Position numbers and translations under genes: made by a program | The notes under the pieces: model-generated | Told to the model about the DNA's origin: nothing | Databases searched by the model: none | Seen by the model: only the letters and a program-made list of their open reading frames with translations | Part shown: piece by piece, positions 26,494-39,065 of the stretch | How the letters are laid out: each line of letters opens with the position of its first letter | Position numbering within the stretch: position 1 is the first letter of the stretch | Assembly: GCF_046119375.1 (NCBI RefSeq) | Contig: NW_027362762.1 | Coordinates: forward strand, 900,488,001 to 900,552,000 | Reading direction: 5' to 3' | From: Phyllobates terribilis | Lineage: Eukaryota | Length of the DNA: 64,000 nucleotides

Positions 26494-28557
26494 TATATAT
26501 GTATGTGTATACATATATATGAGTGTGTGTTGTGTTTATATGTGGTTGCGTATATATGTGTATATGTGTGTGTATATGTATACCGTATGTATGCATATGC
26601 ATATGTGTGTGTGTGTGGGTATATATACGGTGTGTGTGTTCAGGATGCTATTAGTATGTATAGTAAATTATAGTAATTAGTAGTATTAGTAAAAATGAGC
26701 TGACAGATTCCCTACAAATGGTTCCATGAGATTGTATGACTGCAGCATATTTATATTATAATGTCTACAACTAGTGTATGCATATTTGTACATATATATA
26801 TATATATACACATACACTTATGCATGAATACAAAGCAGCTCTCATACGTGATTCCATTATACCACCCACAGTGCCTTATATCAGACCCTTATGCCGACTT
26901 TTCTGTGCCACATGCAGACGCAGCAGGCACAATACACAAGGTGCTCCTCTGCTCTGGGACTCGGGGCCCCTGACCGTCTTTCATCTGTTTCTTCGCTCTT
27001 CCAGTGTTTATGTTGTTAGGTCACATAAGAAGATGTAATGACTAGAAGCTTTCATGTCCGCTCCCCCGCACGCCGCGTCCTTGTGCTTTTAAATTAACGC
27101 TGTGGACCCTTCATTCTTGTTTGACTAGCGGCACGCTCACAAGCACCTCTTTATGACGGCTTGTTTCCATGGTGTTTCCGGGAAGGAAAGAGGATTTGCT
27201 TTGTTTTTTATCTTATTTTTATTTTGGACCAAGTTGCATTTACATTGTAAATAGAGGAAAAAAATGGAGGTTGTGAAATAAGGAGCAGATTGCAAAAGAT
27301 CAAGGACAGTCTCTGTACTGGGGATGAATGGGATGAACAGTCGGCGCCTGAATAGGCCAGAACTTAATGTGTCCTCATAATGGGGACCAAAGGTGACGAT
27401 AAGTGATGAGGCCCCCAGTCAACTATTCAGCTATATGTGTATTACAATGTGTATACTACTTGTGTGCAATTATATATATATTTACTTATAATATCGCAAT
27501 CTGCTGTTTATGCTTTTACATAGGACTGCAGGTAGATGCATAGCACTACATTATTACAAAATCCACTCTGCTATATGTTAAATACATTATAGGACAAAGA
27601 CTTTTGACATCACCATCCGTACTTTAAAATATAGAAAAAAGTAAACGGTTTCCATTTTTCCTATTTTAAAACTGCTTATGGATAAAATTTGAGATAATCG
27701 CCAACCAATTTAGGAAATAATCTGGAAAGGGTTTTCAAGCTTTTTTCCATACAAGTGAATTGGAAAGAGTTGCAGTACCATTCATGGCCACTATACACCG
27801 TATGGCACTGTGCCACATTCCCCTCAATCAACTGATCGATCGGTAGTTATGCTAGGAGTTGGACTGTCACCAATTTCATATTGATGAACTCTTACGGCTG
27901 GATAAGAGTCCTAGAAAACTTTAGGTTTTCTAGGTGCCTGTAGGTTTTCCTACAGTTCACAGTGATTGTATATTGTTTTGTTAGAAGACCTAATGCATTG
28001 ATGTTTCTTTTCTTTACCTTTACTTTTGCCTCAATGTATCCCGGGATGAAAGACGCGAGATGATCAGCAATTTCACTTTATTACTAGTATTACAATAAAC
28101 TGAAAAATAAAATGAAAATTAATTAAGAAATGTTTTTCAAATATTTAAAAAAAAAGTTTAAATCACTCCCTCCCCCTTTTCCAAAATCAAAAATAAAGAC
28201 ATTAGGCTGACGCTGTGTGAGCCCAAATTCTAGTAAAATATCTTTTTCACAACATAGGAGGTGACAGTAGTTCGTAAAGCTCTATGTGACATAAGTCCAA
28301 TCACTCGCGGTATTGATGATGATTAGTTAATATCGACAGTGTACCGAGAAATGCAAGTTACTAACTGTGGTTGCAGCATGGCTTAGACCTAACCAGCAGG
28401 ATGACGCTCCTAACACCGCTCAATATGTTTTTCCAAGTAAATAGAAAGATCTAGAGCATTTGATTATGAATCCGGCATTGAACCATCACAAAATATTAAA
28501 AAAAACACTTAAAAACAAAGCAAAAAGTCATCACAATTCTAATCATCATTATGAGAA

Positions 28558-29444
28558 AGAGGGCCTTTCACCAGTTTGAGCATGTTAAACTGGTTACATA
28601 AATGAATAGTGGCTACAGAGGTGAGTAAAACATAGTTTTTAATTTTATTTTTCCTCTCTGTTGGGGAAATATTCACTCATAAAGTTTAGGTTATAATTTA
28701 TGTTACGTCCAAGTGGGCGTTACTAGAGATTTGTCTATGGGAGCTTATACTTCTTCCCCTGTATGATATTGACCAATCATAAGCAGGCGGTAATATGCAG
28801 TGGTAAGAAGAACACACTCCCACAATAGGTTGGAGAAGATTTCTCAGTGTGAGACATGTAATGACTGACAGCCTGCTCTCCTCACTGGTCTAGCTGTGTA
28901 TGCTTACAAATTGCTGGGAGTAGAGCAGAGTTGAGTGTGATTACATAAAACTTCAGCTTTTCATTTCATGGCATCCAATGGGGAAAAGGGGTACAGCATC
29001 TCATTAAAAACACCTCTGCTGTGAGGTGAAAGGTGTAAATAATCACACTCATCTTTGCTCTATTACTGGCATTTTGTGACCACACACATAACTCTGCAGT
29101 GAGATCAGTGAGGAGGAGAGCAGACATAACATGTCTGTCATTACATGTCTCACACCAAGAAATCTGCTCTAGCCTATTGTGGGGGTGTGTTCTTTTCTCC
29201 CCTTCTTGGCACTGCCTGCTTATGATTGGTCAACTTCATGCAGGAGAAGAAGTACACGCCCCCAGAGACAAATCTCTGGTAACGCCCAGCTGAACTTAAC
29301 ATAAATTATAACCTAAACTTTACAAGTGTATATCTGCAAAGGAGAGGAGAAATTAAAAGATAAAAATGACATTTTACTTAGCTCTGCAGCCACTATTCCA
29401 TGAAATGGCAAGTTCAACCTGCTCAAACTGGTGAAAGTTCCACT
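28558..29444. mobile_element. Palindromic MITE-like element (TTTCACCAGTTTGAGCA...TGCTCAAACTGGTGAAAG), TTAA at right end
   Basis: Terminal inverted repeats at 28566-28582 and 29420-29437. Confidence 0.7.
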
Positions 29445-30628
29445 TTAAATGAGTTTTTACATTTTACGAAAATATATGAAACTATAACCTAAAGTTTTTT
29501 TAAGGTGCTATATGCAAGATCCCATAATTGGATCAAATTCGGACATGCTGCGATTTTTGCCCTTGCACGGCCCCATGGAATAGCATTGGTCCCAGTGCGA
29601 TCTGATGATTTGTCAGATCACACTCGGGCAGAACATACTAGTGTGAGTGAGCCCTAATGGGGATAAGTGCCCTGTTCTGGTGGTCAGTGTGGGTCTCAGT
29701 CATTGGACCCTCACTGATTTATAAGTTATCACCTATCTTGTGGATATCTACTGGAATACCTTTTAGACCAGAAAACCTCTTTTGTGCACAAAGGATGCAG
29801 TTAAAGGGATTGTACAGGATTAGTAAAACATGACTCCTCAGGTTGTGTGTGGTACTGCATCTATTCATTTGAATAGAGCTGAGCTACAATACCAGGCACT
29901 ACCGAAGGACAGGGAATGTGCCATTTTGTCAAGAATGCAGCTATGTTTTTCTAATTTTGGACAACCTTTTTAATTAACAATATTATCTCTGCTGCACCTG
30001 TAATAAACTAATATCAATGTTGCTACCAAACTGATAGTATTCAGTGAAATTTGGTTGCCGGTGAGTCGTGGTAAAATTGCGGTATTGTTATGACTTGCAA
30101 GTGACTCTATAGAGCTACGGAAATGCCAATGGTTTGTCGTGAGTCACAGGCAACCAAATGTCTCTGTGCAGTCCTGGCTTTATAGACTGTGAGCTGCGGA
30201 CTCCACCGATGATGTATCCACCGTCTATAATTAAGTACAGGCTGTAAATAGGAGCCTATTTATCCCGCGTCCTACCTGCTCTCTGCCTGGTAATGTGCTC
30301 CGGCTCAGAGGACGCTCACGTTGCCGCCGCCGCTGCGGTCCTTATTGATCAGAATAAGATTTATATCCACCACATACAACCCTCTTAAGCATCTCCGCTC
30401 CATTATTCATAGGAGAAATAAAAATTGAACTAACACTTAATTGCCGACGAGGCTCACATGCGTTGAAAAGCGCTCCGACTGCAATCACCGGGGCGCGCGT
30501 GTCACCCACCTGGCCTCTTGCCTGCGCCTGATTTACCGTGTGTGGCTGGATATGTACTAATTTGAGATGTGCACTTTCTTCCTTCAGCTTAATAACTTTT
30601 TTATTTTTTTTTTATTTTGATTTTTCAG

Positions 30629-30655
30629 TTCCATCTTTTACCTTCACACCAACAG
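30629..30655 (+). CDS. ROBO1: ROBO1 27-nt microexon (VPSFTFTPT), frame-neutral
   Basis: Long T-tract + TTTTCAG acceptor, GTATAT donor at 30656; phase 1 to 1; matches the recalled juxtamembrane alternative exon of vertebrate ROBO1. Confidence 0.94.
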
Positions 30656-30696
30656 GTATATTGAGTATTTGCACTTTCTTTCTTTTTTGTCTGTCT

Positions 30697-30702
30697 TGCA
30701 TG
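30697..30702 (+). promoter_or_regulatory. RBFOX-type UGCAUG intronic element downstream of the microexon
   Basis: TGCATG 42 nt after the microexon donor, within a U-rich stretch. Confidence 0.55.
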
Positions 30703-31473
30703 TGCTCTAGAATGATATGCCTGCACTTCTACTATAGAATATAATTTTGGGGGTTTGCTGCACTGGAAATGGGATGGAATCAGATCAGTTTGCTAAGGGC
30801 GGCCATGGGCTGCTGAACCAACTAGGGCCATAGACCCCACCAGTGCTGGGACCACTAGCTCATTCTTATCCTTGCAGTAAATGCTGCCGGTCAGAGGCCG
30901 TCTCTTGTCTGAAGCCAATTATTTTTTTTGGGCATGCTCTAAGGACAGGTGCAGATGACCAGGTTTTCTGTCATCCAAGAGAATTGGGCCGATTATGGAA
31001 ATCGCACTCTGATCAAACTCTGATCAGAGTGTCAGCATAGTGTTATCCGATTCTCTCGGGTGAGGAAAAGATGGAGAAAAATAATTCTCCATCTTCTCCA
31101 TTGTGGCAGTCTATGGAAATCATCCAAGTGCAATCCGATGTTTCCCACGCACTCATTGTCTGACAAGCTCGGGCATGCTGAAATTTTTTTCCCATAATTG
31201 AGAAAAAATCGGACATGTGCCCAGCCCCATAGCATACCATTGGTTTGGGGTTTGGGTGCCATCTGATGTTTTGTTTGATCACACTAGGAATGAAAATCCG
31301 CTCGTCTGCACCTGTACTGAAAATGAGGATTGAGGGAGCATCAGTAACCACCAAATGGGCCCTAATCCTAAATAAGGGCTATATGTAAACATTTTGGTGA
31401 ACATCAGAGAGTTGAAAGAAGCTATCAAGGGATCTCTCATGGCCGTGATTGTAGGAGGAGTTGAGCTAGTTAA

Positions 31474-33055
31474 AAGTTAATCTGTCAGCAGGTTTTTGCT
31501 ATATAATCTGAGAGCACCATAATGTCGGAGCAGTGGCCTTCATTTCAGCGATGTGTCAATTATTGGGCTGTGTTTTGCTGTTTCAATACAATCAGTGTTT
31601 TATCAGCAGGAGATTATCAGTAGAGGACTAGATGTCACGTGCCTCCCAGTCCAACTGTAACGAGGTGGCACAGGGTGGTAGTCATGGGCGAGTCTACTGA
31701 GCAACCTTCAGCGAGCACCCCGGTACCTCGCACATGAATAAACGGATAGAGTCAGTACTTTTAAATAAAACCAACTTTACTGACAGATTGCAGTGTACAG
31801 GCAGGTGCAGCAGATATTCTCAGGCCCAGGCCTTATGCAGGGACAATAAGCCGTTTCTCTACCTTCCGAATCAGCTTATCACAGCAGACAGACTTTCACC
31901 TTCAGCACACCCTCTGCCCTGGTTGCCGCTTGTCCTAAGGAAGCTGTGCTACTCTTATAAGGCTCGTATCCCTTTTCCACAGTCCCTGTTCTCTCTCGCT
32001 GTGCTACTCGGATATAGATATACAGTATATATGTACATCCCTTTTCCACAGCCTCTGTTCGGTCCTCAGCTCCTGCTGAGGGCTGTCAGCACTCTCTCTC
32101 TCCCGCGCACCTTCTAACCTTGGCCTGGGTCTATGGCTGCCAGACTCTGCTTAGTGCCTAGTCTCTGTCCTTTGATCCGCGCACCTTCTAACCCTGGCTC
32201 AGGTCTCTGGGTGCCGGACTCTCTGGTACTCACATGGACCCTTGATGTCTCGTGTACTGGCCTCTTCTCTGAGTGCATTTACACCATCACTGGTCCTTAC
32301 TCATGTGCTTACGGCCCCACTGCCTCGACCTGTCCTCGGTCCCAACCTGTCAGGAGCAGGTCCTCACTCGTGGGCTTACGGCCTCCACTGCCTCGACTCC
32401 CTCTTTGCGGGGACACCCCCGTCTTCACACAAGCTCCCTTTCTCTGGAGCTCTTCTCTGACAACTTGTCCTGGGCATGGCCACCCGGACACTGCCCCTTG
32501 ACTTCCTGTTTCCTGTCTCTAAGCTCACTGCCTCTGCTCCTCCCAGCTCTGCCATGCTGCTGTAACTATGCAACTACTGCACTGTACAATACAGGGAGAA
32601 CACATAAAAGCATCAACATTACTTTAGACATTACACTCACACAGGGACAACTACTGCTGCACCTGGGAATAATAACAGGGAAAAGTCCTTCTTAAAGGGG
32701 TGGTGGTGTCCATCCCCCTTACACAACCACCCCCCTAGCACTAATTGACAGCTTTCTGTCGATATACAATGTACACAGGACAGGATATGCTGCCTCGTCT
32801 AACCCTGCCCCCAGCACTAACTGGCAGCTTTCTCTCAATATATAATGTACACAGAAAGCAGCCAAACAGTGGTGTGGGCAGGGTTACACAGAGCTCAGCA
32901 TTCTGAGCTCTGCTAGATCTGCAGCAGAGAAAACAGGGATTGTATCATAACTGCTGTCCCCAATAATCTAAGTGATAAATCGCTGGCATCGGGGACTCTG
33001 TCCCTACATCATGCTGCTGTCAGATTGCATATTAAAACCTGGTGACAGATTCCCT
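31474..33055. mobile_element. Palindromic TTAA MITE interrupted by a solo LTR
   Basis: Left arm AATCTGTCAGCAGGTTTTTGCTATATAATCTGAGAGCA; right arm TCAGATTGCATATTAAAACCTGGTGACAGATTCCCT|TTAA. Confidence 0.75.
31656..32723. mobile_element. Solo LTR, 1068 bp, 4-bp TSD CAAC (Gypsy- or ERV-like)
   Basis: TGTAAC...TTACA termini; CAAC at 31652-31655 and 32724-32727; no coding region. Confidence 0.85.
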
Positions 33056-33350
33056 TTAATGCACATGGCATCCTAAAGTTCCCCCTCTTCCCCATTTTAG
33101 TTGCCCCCTTTAGCCTCAGCTGGATATAGACGCCTCTGACATTAGAAAGCATTTTTTCTATTGGAGCTCAGAAACATGGCCACAATACAGATGCATGTGG
33201 CATATATCTGCCAGCGGCACCCTTAGCCTTCTATAGAGCCATATTGGACTACATTGTGCCCTATGGCTTCATAGAGATCATAGAGACACTGAACGCCCAT
33301 TTCTGTGACTGTAGATAACAGTAATGTCCATAATTGTTAAAATTTGACTT

Positions 33351-33716
33351 AGAGGTTGTCCACTACTTTTACATTGATTGCCTATTCTTAGGATAGATCT
33401 TCAATGTCTGATCAACCGGGGTCCGACATCCAGCACCCCCACGATCAACTGTCATCGGTGTGTGCAGCCGGAAGTACGCACTTGCTGAGCTGCTGCATAT
33501 TCTGGTAGTGGCCACTGCAGGGTACTGCACATCCACCTCTTATTGATTTGAATAGGAGGCGGATGTGCAGTACCAAGCTCTAGCCACTACCAGAAGACGC
33601 AGCAGCTCCGCAAGTGAGTACTTCCGGCTGCCAGCACCGATGAAAGCTGATGGGCGGGGGTGCAGGGTGTCGGACCTAAGGATAGGTCATCAATATAAAA
33701 GTAGTGGACAACCTTT
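33351..33716. mobile_element. Palindromic MITE (GGTTGTCCACTACT...AGTAGTGGACAACC); related copy at 40207-40781
   Basis: Terminal inverted repeats; shared internal CACATCCACCTCTTATT...AATAGGAG hairpin. Confidence 0.82.
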
Positions 33717-34569
33717 TCAATATTGGAAAAAAATTGCCGACATCAAGAAATTGATGACATGACTATAACAGGTTATTGCAAAATTATTTCAGGGAAAAAT
33801 ATTGCAAAAAATACAAAATATGGAATATCGGAAAAATGATTGCATTGCACTTTACATACGCGTGCACCTGTAAACATATTTCTGAAGGAAATTGCAATTT
33901 TCAGTCTGGTATTTAGAAGAAAAATTAGATTTTTTTTTTCTCTTTTCCTGCTAAGACTGCATTTTGCGATTTCGGCCCGGCATCATTGGTGGCAGAGCCG
34001 CACTCCATTGGCAATACCTCAGTGACAGATTTAACACTGCCTCTTAAGTTTTAATCCTGTTATTGTAATCACTGCGAGCAGTTATCTCGGCTTTGCAGGC
34101 TGCCAGCTTGGGATTCTTCTAAAGGGCCCCGATTTGACGTCTTTCAAACATATTCCTAGTCAGAAAACGCATAGCTGTAGACTCCATCAGCATTTCCCGT
34201 GCAGCTAATCCCTTTTTAACTCTTTCATGGAATGCTTAAAAATAGCCATTTACTAATATCTGACCTTTTTTTTTTTTTGGAGGGGTGGCGGAGGGGAGAA
34301 TGGTCGCTACTGCATGCAGATAACCTTTAATAAAAACCTAAAAAAAAAAAAAAAAATAAAATAAAATAAATTCTGAATAATACGATGTCTATAAATAATG
34401 AGGTTGTGGTACCTCGATGACCAGCAAAATCTATGTCAATACTTGTCAAAAATAAAAGTATTCCAAGGGTGATGCCTTTTTTTTTTTTATAATAAAATAA
34501 CGAAAAATGTGAAGGTTTAATAATTCTTTTAAAAATTTGAAATCATTTATTCTGGAGGAATTCTGATTA

Positions 34570-35248
34570 TGTATGTTCACACTTGGCATTTTTTTTACAG
34601 CATTTTTTTTTCCCCCCATTGAAAGCAATGATAGAGCGTTAAAATATTGCTTAACATTTCTGATGCGCAGCATTTTTTTTTGTAAATAAAATTACATTTA
34701 TTAATGTATGGCAGACAAATCACACATGTAATCTGCCTGAAAAAAAACACGGCAAAGCAAGAAAAACCACCGCAAAACAAAAAAAAAACAACAAAACAAA
34801 AAAAAAAGAAAGAGCAATACAAAAAAAAAAAAAAGCCAGCCGTTTCAGCAGTTTTTTACCGCCAAGAGTAAAGGTTTTGGGAATGTGCACATGATGCTAT
34901 TTTCATATGTTTTTTCCCACTTTTTTTCACAAAAAACGCAATATTTTACTGTTCCAGAAAAGTGAATGAGAGTTCTGAAGTCTGATACACACGCTGCTTA
35001 TTTTTTCCTGAAGCTGTTTTGTACCTACAACATGTCAATTCTTAAAGCAATTTTCATCTATTCTAATGAATGGGAAGAACATGCATACAAAAACGCTGCA
35101 AAAATGACATTTTTTTTATAGAGCATTTTTCCTGCCGAGAAACATAAATTTTTTATTTAGAAATGTCTGCAACAAATGCTTAATGTGTGCACAGACCCTT
35201 TGGCTGTGAAACAGAACTCTGCACAAAAACGTCATGTGTGAACATACC
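34570..35248. mobile_element. MITE-like element with GTATGTTCACAC...GTGTGAACATAC termini (Harbinger/Tourist-like)
   Basis: Terminal inverted repeats at ~34571-34582 and 35236-35247; A/T-tract-rich interior; TTA follows the right end. Confidence 0.65.
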
Positions 35249-35252
35249 TTAA

Positions 35253-36033
35253 AGGGAATCTGTCATCAGGATTACGCATAATGCCGCTGTCCTACTGGTT
35301 TAATAGGTACCTTCACTGTAAAAATCCATAGCCTGGTTGTTCTTTAATTCCCTTTAGAAGTTTGTGTGCAATAAGCTCTTCGTGTTTTGGGCCTGTGGGC
35401 GGGATTGTGAGTAGGGTCTTCGGGGCGGGCCTGTGATCGGGATTGTGAGTAGGGTCTTCGGGGCGGGCCTGTGATCGGGATTGTGAGTAGGGTCTTCGGG
35501 GCGGGCCTGTGATCGGGATTGTGAGTAGGGTCTTTGGGGCGGGATTGTGAGTAGGGTCTTCGGGGTGGGCCTGTGGGCGGGATTGTGAGTAGGGTCTTCG
35601 GCTTTGCTCCAGTCCCTCAGCTGCCTGTGGTGTCAGTATATTAGTACTGTTTTAAATTTTCGCTGCAGCGCTGTCCTAACCGCAGACAGCGCTTGCACAC
35701 GACCACCTGTAAGTGGGCTTCAGTAAAATGGCGCCTATGTCCGCGCATGCTCACACTGATACCCCTATGGTCTACAGTAAAATAGCGCCCAAGGCAGCAG
35801 ATTGAGTTCTCGGCTCATCATTGAGCCAATCTCAATCTGCGTATGCGCCATTTTACTGAAGACCGTCGGGATATCAATGTGCACATTCGCCGACACCGGC
35901 GCCATTTTACTGAAGCCCTACTCACAACCAGGCTATGGATTTTTACAGTGAAGATACCTATTAAATCAGTAGGACAGAGGTTTTATGCCCATACTTTTAG
36001 TTCAACATGCGAAATCCTGATGACAGGTTGTCG
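35253..36033. mobile_element. Palindromic TTAA MITE with internal 38-bp tandem array
   Basis: TTAA|AGGGAATCTGTCATCAGGATT...AATCCTGATGACAGGTTGTCG|TTAA. Confidence 0.82.
35386..35601. repeat. 38-bp tandem repeat (GGGATTGTGAGTAGGGTCTTCGGGGCGGGCCTGTGATC), ~5 copies
   Basis: Direct repeats at 35401, 35439, 35477 and 35515; one unit is shortened. Confidence 0.93.
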
Positions 36034-37304
36034 TTAAAGAATAACCGTCATTTTAAGAGATGGTGACTGCTACTGATACACGTCTATGTAGAAGGGAGGC
36101 GGTAAAGGCAGAGCTCCCCCTCCCCCTCCTATCTACATAGAATCTTATCAGTGGTAATTGCCATCTCCTGTACTATAGTATTTGCCCCCAGTACTATCAA
36201 TATCAGGCATTAGGGGCCTATTATGTGTTGTACAGATCACTGATAACCCGCCATTGTGCCGTATAATTCAGGCATCCTCCCCTAGAAGAAGTATCCAGTG
36301 CGACGCCATATGGCGGCACAAGGATCGCGGTCACGTGCCATAATGTTGGCATCACCGCTCTAGGAAGACTTGTCCTACAACCATTGGTTTGGAGCAACCC
36401 CATTGTCTCTGGATAGGGACAGAGAACTCTCTTTATCCTCTTAGGCCACGGTCCCACTATCAGTATTCGGTCAGTATTTTTCCTCAGGAGTGGAAGCCAA
36501 AACCAACTTAACTTGTTATTAATGAATTTTCATTTTTTTTTTTAAATAAATGCCTTTATATTATATTTATTTATAAAATAATACATTTATTATTATCTAT
36601 AATAAATGAAAAAAATGTATTAAATCAATATACATTTAAATATTTAATAATTATTACATATATGTCTTAATAATTATCAATTTGATTATTAGTTTATTTA
36701 CATTAACTATTTAAAAAACAAATCTTAAAAGATATAATTACTTATTAAATCATTATTAATTTAAATATTTAATAATTGTTACATATATATTTTAATAAGC
36801 AATGATAATAAATAACTGTACAGAATACAAAAAAAAACACATTTTAAACACGTATATGTATATATCTATATATATATATGAAACGTACATTTGACAGACA
36901 GTCTTGTGTATCTTAATTTAACACCCAAGTTCTTCTTTTTTTATCGAATATATTCTTGACAATTTTCCAAGCCGTCCTTGGGCCAGAATAAGTCATCCAT
37001 TATGCTAAAAAATGACACCCAAGAATCCTAGCGATCAATCTCGCATCAAAACAAGTTGTCATATTCCCGGCCTCAGTCCTTCATCTTTAAGATTTATCAC
37101 TCCTGTTATCAGGTGCCTGGGAAAGCATAGATTCTGGAGGAGACGACATGCTAAATATATGAAATACATTGTACATTCCCATCTGCTGATTGACCAAAAC
37201 TCCAGGAGTAATACCGGCCACCATTATCCATCTTCAGACTTTGTTTTTTCTGAAATAATTGCTACATTTTATCTTTAAGATTTTTCTCCTTTCTTCTTTC
37301 TTAG

Positions 37305-37347
37305 TGGCGTACCAGCGAGGCGGGGAAGCCGTGAGCAGTGCGGGAAG
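37305..37347 (+). CDS. ROBO1: ROBO1 exon, 43 nt (VAYQRGGEAVSSAGR)
   Basis: Strong pyrimidine tract + TTAG acceptor, GTGAGA donor at 37348; phase 1 to 2. Confidence 0.94.
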
Positions 37348-37680
37348 GTGAGAAAATATATATTTCCTGCCAAAAATGTACATATCTCCTGTCATTCTGT
37401 TTTTATAGTGAACAATGAGCTGCGGGCTCTTGTTTTTTTTACCGAGACGCTTAAATCTTCCGTTTATGTCTCCTTTGAAGATGCCGTCCTGCGTGGGGCT
37501 CTCTCATATATTATTTAGTATTGTTTTCAGCATATATGTGGCATAATTAAGTGATGCAAGCAGCATGCCGCCGATTGTATCTGTCAGCAAACATGTGTTT
37601 ATTTACCAGACTGAATATGTGCACATAATTAAGTGTAGAAGAGGCCACTTTTATGGCTCAGTTATAAGTAATATGATGTG

Positions 37681-37699
37681 TGGCCACCAGAGGGCGAAC
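37681..37699 (+). promoter_or_regulatory. CTCF-like motif TGGCCACCAGAGGGCGAAC
   Basis: Close match to the CTCF core CCASYAGRKGGCR; binding untested. Confidence 0.5.
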
Positions 37700-38684
37700 T
37701 TTAGCCAGGAATTGATATTTTTTTAAAAGGAAGCAGAATATTGGAAATATAAAGCTATAAGCTACTTATATTATGCAAACTATTTTTTTTAATAAAAATA
37801 TTACATTTGTGATCTCATCTTATAGACATTTCATTTTTAATACATTTTAAAGGGCAAAGCCTCTCCTTCTTTTGGTCCTCTTGACCTAATCTCCATCAAC
37901 TGTTCCATCATATTTCATTGCGATTTGGAAACTACATGATTTTTGCCCTTTGGTGCAACATTTTACAGACAAATTTTTACCTAAGACGTTGTATGAAAGC
38001 AGGACTATTTATACAGATGGGAGCAAAGCTGTTCGGAACATGTCAAAATCTTTAAAAAAAAATCAAGTATTTTGTAAGATATGCCTTAAAGAAGCCCCCC
38101 TCCTCCTCCTCCTCCCATCAACGTTTTATCTTCTTAATATATTGCAATCACCATATTATATAGCACTGTGTACTTACAATTGCTCATTTTGCCTTTCTAC
38201 CCAGTTAATTCTTCCATTAGATCTATGACATCACGTGACTAGCTGAATCCTTCTAAGCTCTATGTAGAAACAGGAGGTCAATTTTACCTGCATGAGTCAT
38301 AAGTCACTGCAAAAGTCCCTGGCAGGGGTCGAGGGAGCAGCTGGGTCAGGAGTGGAAAAGGGGGATGACTCATGCAGGAACAAGAGACTTCCCATTTCTA
38401 CATAGAGCAGAGAAAAGAGAAGAATTAGCTGGGTAGAAAGTCAAAATGAGCAATTGTAAGCAATATATTAAGAGGATACAAACTCTGATGAGAGGAGGAG
38501 GAGTGCTTCTTTAATGCTCTTGACTCCGCTTTTGAAAAAGGACGCATTTTATTATCTATACAATTCCAAGTAAAAAAAAAAAAGTCAATTATCCTCATAT
38601 TCGTAACTTGCACACATTGCACTAAAAAAAATCGACCCTAAATAAATAAGTTACAAAAAAAAAGTAAAATAGAACAACTCACTT

Positions 38685-38700
38685 CTGCCATCTGGTGGTA
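38685..38700 (-). promoter_or_regulatory. CTCF-like motif (TACCACCAGATGGCAG on minus strand)
   Basis: CTGCCATCTGGTGGTA on the + strand; matches the CTCF core. Confidence 0.45.
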
Positions 38701-38910
38701 ATATGTGTTATTTCAGGCGGTTATACTTTTATTGTTTTTTTTTTTTAATAATTCCAGATTAATGCTTCTTGAATATCTCAAATGTTTTAACTGATTTGCA
38801 TACAGGATATTAAAGGTACCTCTATTGTGTTCCATTTATTTATTTATTTTTTACAAATTTGCTATGATACATGAATGTAGCTTATATATTTCTCTCTTTT
38901 TGTATTGCAG

Positions 38911-39065
38911 ACCAGGACTCCTGAATATTGCCGAGCCCGCAGCTCAGCCTTGGCTTGCAGATACCTGGCCAAACACAGGTAGCAACCACAACGAATGCCC
39001 TATTAATTGCTGCACATCTGGGAACGGAAGCAGCGACAACAATCTGGCCACTTACAGCCGACCAG
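38911..39065 (+). CDS. ROBO1: ROBO1 exon, 155 nt ([51 protein letters not shown])
   Basis: TTGCAG acceptor, GTTAGG donor at 39066; phase 2 to 1. Confidence 0.96.

Noticed and set aside
27150-27200. SECIS-like ATGA...AA...GA pattern
   Set aside because: No convincing helix geometry, intronic location, and ROBO1 is not a selenoprotein.
36500-36880. Extremely AT-rich stretch
   Set aside because: Low-complexity sequence with no periodicity or motif structure that I could support.
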